Shown one piece after another: positions 50,529 through 60,515 of a DNA stretch of 64,000 bases. A program made the translations under genes and the position numbers. Numbering within the stretch: the first letter of the stretch is position 1; every line of letters starts with the position of its first letter. The notes beneath the pieces are model-generated. The model saw only the letters and a list, made by a program, of their open reading frames with translations, did not search any database and was not told the DNA's origin. Origin of the DNA: an uncultured cyanobacterium. Its GTDB lineage: Bacteria > Cyanobacteriota > Cyanobacteriia > CAKZMO01. The stretch lies in the NCBI GenBank assembly GCA_963719515.1, contig CAVRCJ010000011.1:192001-256000 (forward strand), in the 5' to 3' direction.

Positions 50529-51284
50529 CTATAGATTTAGCTCGCTGGCGCTGCTCACCATCAAAGGATGAACCCACCACAGCAGAAGTATGAATGTCAC
50601 GATACCGATATAGGCAGGTCGAAGAAATTCACGGGGTTTTAGCGACTGTCGGCCTTGGGCGATCGCTAGAAACGGGATCACGGAGGTGCGCTGCTTAGCC
50701 GCTTCAAAGGTCTCGCCATAGCGCTGCGCCATGCGCCGATCCCCGTGCCAGACGGCAAACAGGTGATGCAAAATCAATCCGGCTGAAGTCAATAGCGTGA
50801 AGCTAGTCCCCAGCCACAGGCCGTGGGCCACGCACCAAATTACCTGCCCCACCATTTGAGGGTGGCGAGTGATGCGCATGATGCCCGTTTCGTAGAGATG
50901 GACCTGGGGCTTTTGAACGGCGGCAATCTCCAGCAGGTTAAACGTTGCGGGGTAGAGAAAAATAAACGAAACTGCCGAGAGTATCCACACTAGCGCCCAC
51001 AGCCCCGGCACCCCCTGTAGATTCCAAAGCTGCAGCCCATCATAGCGGTGGCGGATAAAGTAGGCGACCAGCAGCACCGCAAACGGCAGGCTGACCAATG
51101 CAAACCCCACCCGGTAGAGCCTGGCTCCGATGCGCTTTTCGCCCCAGGGACGCAGGGCTGCCAGGCCGCTGTGGGCGATCGCAAACCCAAGCAGCAGAGC
51201 GGCCATGATGGCGTGGCTTGTCGTGAACCAAGGAACGAGAAAAGAACTTGAGGCGGCAGCCATGTCGATCGGCAATATTGTCAA
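50529..51284 (-). CDS. NnrU family protein (zeta-carotene isomerase Z-ISO-like)
   Basis: HSGLAALR, ITRHPQMVG, HGDRR and TSVIPF motifs. Confidence 0.85.
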   Translation of the reverse strand: MTILPIDMAAASSSFLVPWFTTSHAIMAALLLGFAIAHSGLAALRPWGEKRIGARLYRVGFALVSLPFAVLLVAYFIRHRYDGLQLWNLQGVPGLWALVWILSAVSFIFLYPATFNLLEIAAVQKPQVHLYETGIMRITRHPQMVGQVIWCVAHGLWLGTSFTLLTSAGLILHHLFAVWHGDRRMAQRYGETFEAAKQRTSVIPFLAIAQGRQSLKPREFLRPAYIGIVTFILLLWWVHPLMVSSASELNL

Positions 51285-51537
51285 AGCGCTAGGAATTGAT
51301 TGGACAGGAAAAGGACCACGCGTTTAGCCCGCCCGCGTTTAGGCAGAGCCTATGCTTCGTACTCGCTCAAGCGAACGCGGGCGCTGTGGCATGACCAAAC
51401 TGAGAATTGCTGTCTATAACTAGAGACATTTCCCTATATACAGAAGATACCTTAAGATTGTTGTAAGAATTTGGGTTCATTCGGAATCACTCTGTCTGCA
51501 ACCAAACTTTCTGCGACAAAATTTTAGGAGGTAATCT

Positions 51538-52617
51538 ATGGCGCTCGTACCAATGCGGCTAATGCTCGACCACGCCGCTGAGAATGGCTACGGCATTCCT
51601 GCATACAACGTCAACAACATGGAGCAAATCCTGGCGATTATGCAGGCCGCTGATGAGACAAACAGCCCTGTGATTCTGCAGGCCTCTCGCGGTGCTCGCA
51701 AGTACGCAGGTGAGAACTTTCTACGCCACCTAATTCAGGCTGCCGTAGAGACGTATCCTCACCTCCCCATTGCCATGCACCAGGACCACGGCAACAGTCC
51801 TGCCACCTGCTACTCAGCTATACGCAACGGATTCACCAGCGTGATGATGGATGGCTCCCTCGAAGCCGACGCCAAGACTCCCGCAAGCTTTGAGTACAAC
51901 TGCGATGTCACCCGCAAGGTGGTTGAAGTGGCTCACACCGTCGGCGTTTCGGTTGAAGGTGAGCTAGGCTGCCTGGGCTCTCTCGAAACCGGCATGGGAG
52001 ATAAGGAAGACGGTCACGGCGCAGAAGGCGTGCTCTCTAAAGAGCAGCTGCTGACTGACCCTGATGAAGCGGTTCAGTTTGTAGAGGCCACTCAGGTGGA
52101 CGCGCTAGCCGTTGCTATCGGCACCAGCCATGGCGCGTACAAGTTCACCCGTAAGCCTACCGGTGAAATCCTGGCCATCAGCCGTATCGAGGAGATTCAC
52201 TCCCGTCTGCCCAACACCCACCTAGTCATGCACGGATCCTCTTCCGTGCCCCAAAAGTGGCTTGACATGATCAACGCCAACGGCGGCGAGATCCCTGAAA
52301 CCTACGGCGTCCCCGTCGAGGAAATTCAAAAGGGCATCAAGAGCGGCGTTCGCAAGGTGAATATCGATACCGATAACCGCCTAGCCATCACAGCTGCCAT
52401 CCGCGAAGCGGCGATGAAGGATCCGTCTAACTTTGATCCTCGCCACTTCCTGAAGCCCTCCATCACGTACATGCAGCAGGTCTGCTCCGATCGCTACAAC
52501 GCTTTTGGAACGTCGGGCAACGCGGACAAGATCAAGCAGGTCGACCTCAACGCCTTTGCGTCTAAGTACACCAGCGGCGAGCTGGAGGCCAAGACCAAGA
52601 AGGCCGTCACAGCTTAG
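51538..52617 (+). CDS. fbaA: Class II fructose-bisphosphate aldolase
   Basis: [27 protein letters not shown] and KVNIDTD motifs. AGGAGG RBS. Confidence 0.97.
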   Translation: MALVPMRLMLDHAAENGYGIPAYNVNNMEQILAIMQAADETNSPVILQASRGARKYAGENFLRHLIQAAVETYPHLPIAMHQDHGNSPATCYSAIRNGFTSVMMDGSLEADAKTPASFEYNCDVTRKVVEVAHTVGVSVEGELGCLGSLETGMGDKEDGHGAEGVLSKEQLLTDPDEAVQFVEATQVDALAVAIGTSHGAYKFTRKPTGEILAISRIEEIHSRLPNTHLVMHGSSSVPQKWLDMINANGGEIPETYGVPVEEIQKGIKSGVRKVNIDTDNRLAITAAIREAAMKDPSNFDPRHFLKPSITYMQQVCSDRYNAFGTSGNADKIKQVDLNAFASKYTSGELEAKTKKAVTA

Positions 52618-52629
52618 GATCTACAAGAG

Positions 52630-52730
52630 GTAGGGACATGGGATGCCATGTCCTGCCCCATGCCTCTGACTGAGCAGCATGGGAGTACTGGATACGAACT
52701 TATAGGGGGCGCAGCGTGCTGCGCCCCTAC
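52630..52730. repeat. Pair of GTAG-type REP-like palindromes after fbaA
   Basis: GTAGGGACATGGGATGCCATGTCC and TAGGGGGCGCAGCGTGCTGCGCCCCTAC. Confidence 0.65.
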
Positions 52731-52775
52731 GTTTGTGAATGCATCGTGACTGCTCGCCCCTCAACGCATTTTTCT

Positions 52776-53531
52776 ATGAACGACAAAACGGTATTGATTA
52801 CCGGAGCCAGCAGCGGCATCGGTGAAGCCTGTGCGCGCGTCTTTTCCCAAGCCGGGGCCAGGCTTATTCTTGCCGCCCGTCGCCGCGATCGCCTCCAGGC
52901 TCTAGCCCAATCTTTAGGCGGCGATACCCACCTGCTTCCCCTAGACGTCTGCGATCGCGAGGCCGTTTTCCGGGCGATCGCCGATTTGCCCGCTGAGTGG
53001 CAGGCCATCGACGTGCTGGTGAACAACGCGGGCCTCAGCCGGGGGCTAGACAAGCTGCACGAGGCTGAGATTCAAGATTGGGAGGAGATGATCGACACCA
53101 ACGTCAAGGGGCTGCTCTACGTGACGCGGGCCGCGGTGCCGGGGATGGTGGCGCGCAATCGCGGTCAGGTGATCAATTTGGGCTCTATTGCCGGCCATGA
53201 GACCTACCCTGGCGGCAGCGTCTACTGCGCCACCAAGTCTGCCGTGATGGCCCTCACCGAGGGGTTAAAGCTCGATTTGCTGGGCACCCCCATCCGCGTT
53301 TCTGCGGTGGACCCCGGACTGGTAGAAACCGAGTTTAGCGAGGTGCGATTTCGGGGAGATGGCGATCGCGCTAAGCAAACGTACCAAAACATGACGCCCC
53401 TGACGCCCCACGACATCGCGGAGATTATTCTGTTTTGCGCCACCCGTCCGTCCCACGTCAATATCAGCGATGTGTTGGTGGTGCCGACAGACCAGTCGAG
53501 CGCAACCCGGGTCCATCGCCGGGAGAGCTAG
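52776..53531 (+). CDS. SDR family oxidoreductase (YdfG-like)
   Basis: TGASSGIG, NNAG, YCATK and PGLVETEF motifs. Confidence 0.92.
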   Translation: MNDKTVLITGASSGIGEACARVFSQAGARLILAARRRDRLQALAQSLGGDTHLLPLDVCDREAVFRAIADLPAEWQAIDVLVNNAGLSRGLDKLHEAEIQDWEEMIDTNVKGLLYVTRAAVPGMVARNRGQVINLGSIAGHETYPGGSVYCATKSAVMALTEGLKLDLLGTPIRVSAVDPGLVETEFSEVRFRGDGDRAKQTYQNMTPLTPHDIAEIILFCATRPSHVNISDVLVVPTDQSSATRVHRRES

Positions 53532-54361
53532 GCATCTGCGCCTTTGGACTCACGGGATGAATTTTGGGTGTCCCCACGGTCCCCTTTTGCGCTGACGACG
53601 CACAGGTAATAGAGCCACATCTCGTCCTCAATCGCCGGGTCCCCGAGTTCCACCCTCACACCGCGCTTCCACGGATAAAGCTCCACTTGGTGAAAGCCGA
53701 AGTCGAGCTGCTCAATCTGCGCCTCAGGGCGAATGTAATAGTTTTGAAGGCGAAAGTTGTGGGACTCGTCTTTTAGAGTTAGGTGAGCGGCGGCATCAAT
53801 TTGCGCGACGTTCACCCCCCGGTTAACCAACCTGAGCAGCCCCCACATCACCAAATCAACGTACGTTTTTAGCGGATTGAGGCTGAGATGGGTCTTGTAG
53901 TCGAAGGCTCGGGCTATGCTCCGTAGATTGTGACTAGAGAAAAACGCATAACTGCCCGGCTTGCCCACCCGACAGATTTCCCGCAGGATCTTGAGGCGAT
54001 CGCTGTGGGAGACGGAGTCAATGCCGTTGTAGCTGAACAAAATAAAGTCGAACGAGCTATCGGCAAACTGAGGCATGGCTCTGGCATCCCCCTCCTCAAA
54101 GGCAATTTCGGGGTACCGCCGCCCACAGGCTGCAATCATCTCTGGGGAGGGGTCAATGCCCAAATAGTCCCCCGCTAGCGGGGCAAAGTGACCGGTGGTG
54201 CGTCCGGCCCCAACGCCAATATCCAGCACCTTCATCTGAGGCAGCTGCTCTCGAAAGCGAGCGAGAATAGTCTGCTCTGCTGGCTGGAGACGGCGGAGCT
54301 GGGTGTAGTACCCCACAATGCTGGAGTCAGCGTAGACGGTTTGATTGGAGTCGTGTGTCAT
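53528..54361 (-). CDS. Class I SAM-dependent methyltransferase
   Basis: VLDIGVGAGR, GDAR and FDFI motifs. ATG at 54361 overlaps the upstream TGA. Confidence 0.88.
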   Translation of the reverse strand: MTHDSNQTVYADSSIVGYYTQLRRLQPAEQTILARFREQLPQMKVLDIGVGAGRTTGHFAPLAGDYLGIDPSPEMIAACGRRYPEIAFEEGDARAMPQFADSSFDFILFSYNGIDSVSHSDRLKILREICRVGKPGSYAFFSSHNLRSIARAFDYKTHLSLNPLKTYVDLVMWGLLRLVNRGVNVAQIDAAAHLTLKDESHNFRLQNYYIRPEAQIEQLDFGFHQVELYPWKRGVRVELGDPAIEDEMWLYYLCVVSAKGDRGDTQNSSRESKGADA

Positions 54362-55491
54362 TGGGGGTCGAGAGCGCTCAACTGGATTGAAACGATGAGC
54401 TGGTCGCTGGGGACGGGAACCCCACCTGAGATAGCGGGCTCGAAGGTCCACTGTTCTTCGAGGACGCAGGCCGCGAGCTGCTCGTAGGCTTGATCTTCAG
54501 ATGTTAAAGGGCTGGGGCCGCTAGCGTCGTCCAAGCTAGTCGGGTCCAATGTAGCCCAGGGAATTACCCTACCATCCGGTTCGACCATTACGCGGACGCT
54601 TACCGTCTCTCCTAAACGGCGAGCGCTCTCTGGAGTTGGAAGGCAGGCGGAGGTTAGAGGATCAGCTTCAAAAACGCGCTGCGTTTCTGGGGGGTAAGGA
54701 AGCTGATCGAGACCGGATTCTTCCGAAGGAGCCGCCGGATTTACCGTCAAGCTAGCCAGGTAAGACTTGGGCTCGCTGGGCTGCTCGGGCACCGCGACCG
54801 TAGGCAGATCTAGTGATGCGTCAGTCGGCGCATCAGTTGGCGCGTCGGGCGATCGCTGCGGGGTTTGTTCGGCGATCGCCTCTGGGTCAGAAGCCTGGTT
54901 GGGTGCTGAACTCTCTGGTATTGAGCTTTCTGATACTGGACTTTCCGGCGCTTCAGAAGGTTGCGGCTCGGGAGGCGTTTTTTGGGGGGGATTTAAGGAC
55001 GGAGGAGCGACCGTCTCGTCGGGTTCAAGGGTTGGTAAGTCCGGGAAGGTAGGAGCTTCCACAGTCTGTTCTGGGAGAGCCAGCGGGACAGATCCGGGCG
55101 ATGCAGCCTGTGCATTGGCCTCAATGCCTTGCGGTCTACTTTCGGGGGCAGCTGTTATCGGTGACGGCGGACGGGCAGGAGGCCCTTCTGATGGAGCAGC
55201 GGTGTCGATGGGAACGGATGAGCTAGAGGACGGGAAGGGGCGAGGGAGCGGTGGCGCAGCATTGACGGGTAGAGGGTCAACTAACTGGACTGCGAGGGGG
55301 CTGGCAGTAGCAGTATCGAGCCTGGGCCGAGCGGCGCGAAGACTGATGCCAAGCCATAAAAGACCACTGTGAACTAAAAGAGAACCGATAGCGCACAGCC
55401 ACAACCTAGGAAAATTGCGGTGGTAAATTCCATCAACCATAGGGTGCTGCAGCACCTCTTTGCGGTCCTGGAGCCGTGACATGAGACCCAT
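54358..55491 (-). CDS. TonB-like protein (TM anchor, Pro-rich linker, TonB-C-like end)
   Basis: SLLVH TM motif, long Pro/Glu/Ser linker and V.V.V.PDGRV...WTFEPA C-terminus. Confidence 0.65.
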   Translation of the reverse strand: MGLMSRLQDRKEVLQHPMVDGIYHRNFPRLWLCAIGSLLVHSGLLWLGISLRAARPRLDTATASPLAVQLVDPLPVNAAPPLPRPFPSSSSSVPIDTAAPSEGPPARPPSPITAAPESRPQGIEANAQAASPGSVPLALPEQTVEAPTFPDLPTLEPDETVAPPSLNPPQKTPPEPQPSEAPESPVSESSIPESSAPNQASDPEAIAEQTPQRSPDAPTDAPTDASLDLPTVAVPEQPSEPKSYLASLTVNPAAPSEESGLDQLPYPPETQRVFEADPLTSACLPTPESARRLGETVSVRVMVEPDGRVIPWATLDPTSLDDASGPSPLTSEDQAYEQLAACVLEEQWTFEPAISGGVPVPSDQLIVSIQLSALDPQ

Positions 55492-55511
55492 TTCTAATCA
55501 AGGAAGGTTGC

Positions 55512-55598
55512 CTTTGCACTATCTTCACGTTCATCTCAGCTCACTCAACCATAATCTTTGCACTATCTTTACATTCATCAAAGCCGCTTAATCATAAT
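55512..55598. repeat. Imperfect 44-bp tandem duplication upstream of the TonB-like gene
   Basis: CTTTGCACTATCTT(C/T)AC(G/A)TTCATC...CATAAT at 55512 and 55556. Confidence 0.8.
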
Positions 55599-56112
55599 AA
55601 CGAGATTTATCTCCGGATTTCTCACTGTCCTTGAGCTACCCTAGAACTCTGGAGAAACCGCGAGATTGAAGTCCTAGCGGCTTCTCTTTAACCCGCTGCC
55701 GTCTTCTCTAAAAGACGAGGAAAGGGAACCGGAGTTTGACGCCCCTGTCCGCTGCTGAAAGAAGACCTTAAGGTTGGAGCGCAAAGGGAGTCTGCTTCAA
55801 CTCTCAAAGAGGCTGAAGACATCTTCTAGGGTTAAAGCAGGTCAAAAGAACACCACTTCAAGGAATCTATTGTGACTTACAGGCCTTGCGCCGCTCTAGT
55901 GATGTGCATAATCCTAACTCCGATAGCCCAATCAGGTGCCCCTATCTCTGCCCCTATTCTTAGAAACGCAGCTAACATTGTGACGTACATCACAACACTT
56001 CCTAAAGGAACTAATAACAACCTCTTTAAAGTTCCTGCTTTTAGCGTTTTTAGCGCAGTGACAAATTCCGACAATTGAAGTGCCTTTTGGCTGAAACACG
56101 TAGGGTATCAAT

Positions 56113-56164
56113 ATGGTGCGGCAAAATGGTGCGGCAAAATGGTGCGGCAAAATGGTGCGGCAAA
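56113..56164 (+). repeat. Four perfect 13-bp tandem repeats ATGGTGCGGCAAA
   Basis: Read directly; no spacers between units. Confidence 0.95.
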
Positions 56165-57082
56165 ATCATGGAGGACGTCTGTGGACTTGACCGAAATTTC
56201 ACGGACAGCTCCCCAAACGGCTAGCTTCAAATGAGTATGAGGCCTATTACAAGATCTATCACACTATGATCAAGCTCACGCCGAAAGCAATGGCGAAACT
56301 TAAACAGCAGCTGAATCGTCTACCTGATTCAGAGAAGTTGTTCTTTGAGCTTCCTTATTTCCCCGGCGTGACTTAGGATGTTTTTTTAGCTGAAGTACTC
56401 TAAATTCCTGCAGGTGCCTGTACGACTACTCACGAGTATGGTACCTTCTATACACGGAAACATTTTGTAAAGTTCCGGTCTCGCGTTCCCGAAACTCTCG
56501 GTTAGGTCGTGAGTTTCTGAAGCTACATAGCCCCCAATACGCTGTAGCCTAGATCGATTGATTGGCTAGAACTATACAACCTCCCCCCTTCGGTTTGCTA
56601 GTTCTAACTGCTGGACCTAAAAGGTGGTTCTCCTTACCGTTCCAGCAGCAGCTCATTGATCGCCCTATTCGTTACAATGCATTCCACGTCAACTCGATTT
56701 GATAGACATAATTACGCTAAGCAGAGAAATAGGCTGATGTAAGCGCTACGCCAAGCGCGGGCTAGCTAACCTTCAGTGGCTAGAGCATCTGAAAGTGGAG
56801 CTAGAGGATACTTTTCTCGAGAGCCTTGTTGACTAAATGCAGAACAAAATGAGTGCTTTACGTGACTTATCGCACAGCTTATATCAATTCATTAACTTAA
56901 ATTGATGACGCTAGCCTGGGACCGAGCGGATGCCTAGCATCCCTAAACTTAAAGGTCTGAAACTTGCCGATATTGGAACAATTTTGACCCCGCTTCTAAG
57001 CTAAACACTCTGCATGTTACAGCATCACGAGTTCGTGACATGCAGGGGGATTGAACAACACTCACTAAGGAAAACTGAGCTT

Positions 57083-58093
57083 ATGTCTATTTTGATGATT
57101 GGAACTCAGCGGTCTGGTTCGAACCTACTGCGCCTTATGCTTAACCAAATTCAAACTATTTCAGCGCCCCACCCCCCTCATATTCTGCAGCGCCTCATGC
57201 CGCTGCAGCCCACCTACGGCGACTTGTCAGACCCAACCGCCTTTACGCAGCTTGTAGATGATGTGTGCCGACTGGTCGAGCTAAATCCAGTGGCTTGGGA
57301 TGTAACCCTCGACCGCCAGAATGTTGCCGATCGCTGTACCTCACCATCTCTAGTGGCAGTCTTCTCTGCGGTCTACGACATCCTTGCAGAGAGCCAAGGC
57401 GCTGAAACCTGGTGCTGCAAAAGCCTATCTAACGTTCACTATATGGACGAGATTAGCGAGTACCTGCCCAACATCAAGTATCTCTACCTTTACCGCGACG
57501 GGCGGGACGTTGCGGTTTCCTTTAAGAAAGCGGTGGTGGGGCAAAAGCACTTTTACCACATTGGCCAAGAATGGGCCAAAGCCCAGCGTAAGGCGATCGC
57601 CATGCAAAAGCAGTGTGACCCCAAGCAGTTCTTCAGCCTCAGCTACGAGTCCCTGGTAAGCGACCCTGAACCTATTCTTCGCAACCTTTGCGAGTTTCTA
57701 GAGGTACCTTATAGCCCGTCGATGCTAGAGTTTCACCAATCGGGAGAAGCTACCAGCACCGCATCATCTAGCTCTCTATGGGGCAACGTTACCAAGCCCG
57801 TAATCGCCAGCAACACCAAGAAGTTCATGACCAAGGCCACGGAGGAAGAGGTCAAAATCTTTGAGCTAGTGGCGGGAGATGTTCTAGACGCCTTGGGCTA
57901 TGAGCGCGTACACACCTCAAAGGGTGAGAGCTCAGCCTTTACCTCGGAGGAAATCGCTCAGTTTGACGCAGAAAATCAGCAGCTCAAATCTCAAGTCAGT
58001 GAAGAGATGGACCCCGAAGACCGGGAGCGTCGCAAGCGCCAGGCGGCGCTGCTTGAGGAAATTAAAACCCGTCAGCCTGCGTCGGTTGCCTAG
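57083..58093 (+). CDS. Sulfotransferase family protein
   Basis: GTQRSGSNLLR 5'-PSB loop, RDGRDVAVS 3'-PB motif and YESLV..PE. ATG at 57083. Confidence 0.88.
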   Translation: MSILMIGTQRSGSNLLRLMLNQIQTISAPHPPHILQRLMPLQPTYGDLSDPTAFTQLVDDVCRLVELNPVAWDVTLDRQNVADRCTSPSLVAVFSAVYDILAESQGAETWCCKSLSNVHYMDEISEYLPNIKYLYLYRDGRDVAVSFKKAVVGQKHFYHIGQEWAKAQRKAIAMQKQCDPKQFFSLSYESLVSDPEPILRNLCEFLEVPYSPSMLEFHQSGEATSTASSSSLWGNVTKPVIASNTKKFMTKATEEEVKIFELVAGDVLDALGYERVHTSKGESSAFTSEEIAQFDAENQQLKSQVSEEMDPEDRERRKRQAALLEEIKTRQPASVA

Positions 58094-58134
58094 GTAATGG
58101 GATTGTCTAAGCTGATGTCTCCGGTTAATTTCTC

Positions 58135-59406
58135 ATGACTAAACCTCCGATAAAGACTCCAGATTTCCAATCTGAAAGCGCTCCTAACGAAACTGCTGGC
58201 CAGTATCCTGGTCATGATGAGGCTGACACCGCCTCCCTAGGCTACCTGTTCTGGACCTTCCTCAAGATCGGCAGCACTGCCTTTGGCGGCTTTATGGCCC
58301 TGGTCTCAGTGGTCGAAAATTTTGTGGTGCAGCGGCGAAAGCTGCTCACCCACGAGGACATGCTTGACGGTATTTCTCTCGCCACAGTGTTACCCGGCCC
58401 AGTGGCGGCTAACGTCGTTGCCTACGTGGGCTACCGCATTCGCGGCGGCTGGGGGGCAGTGGCAACAGCAACCAGCGTCCTCCTACCATCATTTTTGCTG
58501 GTGGTCGGATTGACCGCTGCCTACTACGAGGCGGGCGAAATCGACGCCGTGTCCCGGGTATTTGCCGGGTTTATTCCGGCGGTGGTGGCGATCATCATTT
58601 CCGCTGCCTGGCGTATGGCCAAGAAAACCATCAAGACTTGGCAGGCGATCGCCCTGGCGGTAACGGCAGGACTGCTGATTCAGTTTGTCGGCGGCTTTTA
58701 CACCACCCTGTTGGTAATCGTTGGCGCAGGTGTGCTGGGCTACCTGATGTTTTCCAGCACAACAGAGGTCGATCCAGCGCTGCGGGCAGCGGCTCCCCAG
58801 ATCGATAAGCGGCGCATGGCGATTTCCTTTGCCGTGCTGGCCTGCTTTGTCCTGCTGTATATCGTGCCGATGCCGTTCTTGGGCACCGACAGCCTGGCGC
58901 GGCTGTTTACCACCTTCTCGGGCATGAGCCTGATGCTGTTTGGCGGCGGCTACGTGTTTATTCCGCTGATTCAGCAAATTGTAGTCGACGGCTACGGCTG
59001 GGTTAACCAAGCTGAGTTTGCCAATGCGATCGCCCTGGGGCAGGTGACGCCCGGCCCCATTTTGATTAGCGCCGCCTTCATCGGCTATGCGGTCAAGGGG
59101 TTTATTGGTGCCCTCGTAGCCACGGTGGGAATTTTCTTCCCGCCAGCGCTGCTCATGGTCACCTGCTCTCACCTGCTGGACCGTATCAAAACCTCAGCCG
59201 CCATCCAAGCTGCCCTCAAAGGCATCCGTCCGGCTATCGTTGGCATGATCTTTACCGCAGCGATTGTAGTTGCCCAAACGGCGCAGGTCCACTGGGCAAC
59301 GGCGCTAATTTTTGTGGGATCTTTAATTGCCATTTGGCGGTTCCGCGTAGAGGTGGTCCTCGTAATTCCCTTTGCGGGTCTGCTGGGACTGCTGCTCTAT
59401 CCATAG
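58135..59406 (+). CDS. chrA: Chromate/oxyanion transporter, long-chain CHR family
   Basis: Two halves with FGG and PGP motifs (AFGG..LPGP; FGGGY..TPGP). Confidence 0.9.
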   Translation: MTKPPIKTPDFQSESAPNETAGQYPGHDEADTASLGYLFWTFLKIGSTAFGGFMALVSVVENFVVQRRKLLTHEDMLDGISLATVLPGPVAANVVAYVGYRIRGGWGAVATATSVLLPSFLLVVGLTAAYYEAGEIDAVSRVFAGFIPAVVAIIISAAWRMAKKTIKTWQAIALAVTAGLLIQFVGGFYTTLLVIVGAGVLGYLMFSSTTEVDPALRAAAPQIDKRRMAISFAVLACFVLLYIVPMPFLGTDSLARLFTTFSGMSLMLFGGGYVFIPLIQQIVVDGYGWVNQAEFANAIALGQVTPGPILISAAFIGYAVKGFIGALVATVGIFFPPALLMVTCSHLLDRIKTSAAIQAALKGIRPAIVGMIFTAAIVVAQTAQVHWATALIFVGSLIAIWRFRVEVVLVIPFAGLLGLLLYP

Positions 59407-59500
59407 GCTAGCTGACGCGCCGCCCCCCTAATCTCCTATACCGGGGAAAACAAAGGGGGGAACCAGCTCAGCTATAGACCCACCTGGGGGCTAAAGGAAC

Positions 59501-59947
59501 TTAGACGTCGCTTAAGCATTGCCACACCCGGTAATCTACGACGCCGTCATCCTCTAGTCCCCAATCTTTTTGGAACCTTTCTACAGCGGCCTGCGTCTTA
59601 GAACCGTAGTTGCCGTCAACAGCGCCTCGGTAATAGAGATCGATAGCTAAAATTTCCTGGAGCTGCTTTACCGCAGCCCCAATGCTTCCAGCACGAAGAA
59701 CAGGTTGACCTACGGGGCCATCCGTATAGAGGGCCTGCCACGTGCTCGGCCCCACAACGCCGTCTGGCGTCAAGAACATCTTTGACTGAAAATATTTGAC
59801 CGCAATCTCTGTGTCGTAGTCAAATAAGCCAGTCGCTGGGACGGGCCGGCCCTGTCTGCTCAGGCGCTGCTGCAGATCTTTTGTAGCGGGATGGCGATCG
59901 CCTCTTGACAGCGTGGGGTAGCGGGATAGAAGTGAGTATGGCGACAT
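59501..59947 (-). CDS. Tandem peptidoglycan-binding domain protein
   Basis: Two LQ..L...G.F...T..AV..FQ....L..DGVV repeats. Confidence 0.88.
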   Translation of the reverse strand: MSPYSLLSRYPTLSRGDRHPATKDLQQRLSRQGRPVPATGLFDYDTEIAVKYFQSKMFLTPDGVVGPSTWQALYTDGPVGQPVLRAGSIGAAVKQLQEILAIDLYYRGAVDGNYGSKTQAAVERFQKDWGLEDDGVVDYRVWQCLSDV

Positions 59948-60515
59948 TAGAACAATTGTCTTAAAGAATTTTCAAACTAGACTAAGCCGCACGCCTGACA
60001 AAATATTCCGGATTCCAAACCAGGTAGCCCGTCAACTGCATATCGGAGCCAAAGGTTATATGGCTATCTACAAGCCTACGAAATCAGGTCGTGATATGTC
60101 TGCGATGCTTCTACAGTCTTTAAAGGGGTTTAAACCTTACATAAACTTGAGCCGCTTTCGTCACTGAGCGTTTTCCTATCTGACACTATGTAAGATATAT
60201 GTCGCAATACGAGTGATATTACTCAAAGCGAGTGTAATCAATAACCTCGCCGATTGCACAGAATGCTGGTTGAGCTTCAAGGAAGGCAGCTGTAAGGGTG
60301 AGCTAATTTCAGATTCGCGCTAGCCAGCGCATTTAAACTAGGCTCTTCTGGAAAGAGAACAATATTCCGAAGAGAAAGTTTATTCCTTTTGTATAGGCAA
60401 GAGTTAGGCAAAGGTTGATTGCTTCGAATTCTATTGTTTGAGTTCAGAGGATCGATGCTTAAACGTAAGGCCTCTTTTCAGCACGCTATTCTTACATTTA
60501 TAACGTTAGGACTCA

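Noticed and set aside
56113..56164. CRISPR array
   Set aside because: Contiguous 13-bp units with no spacers and no cas genes.
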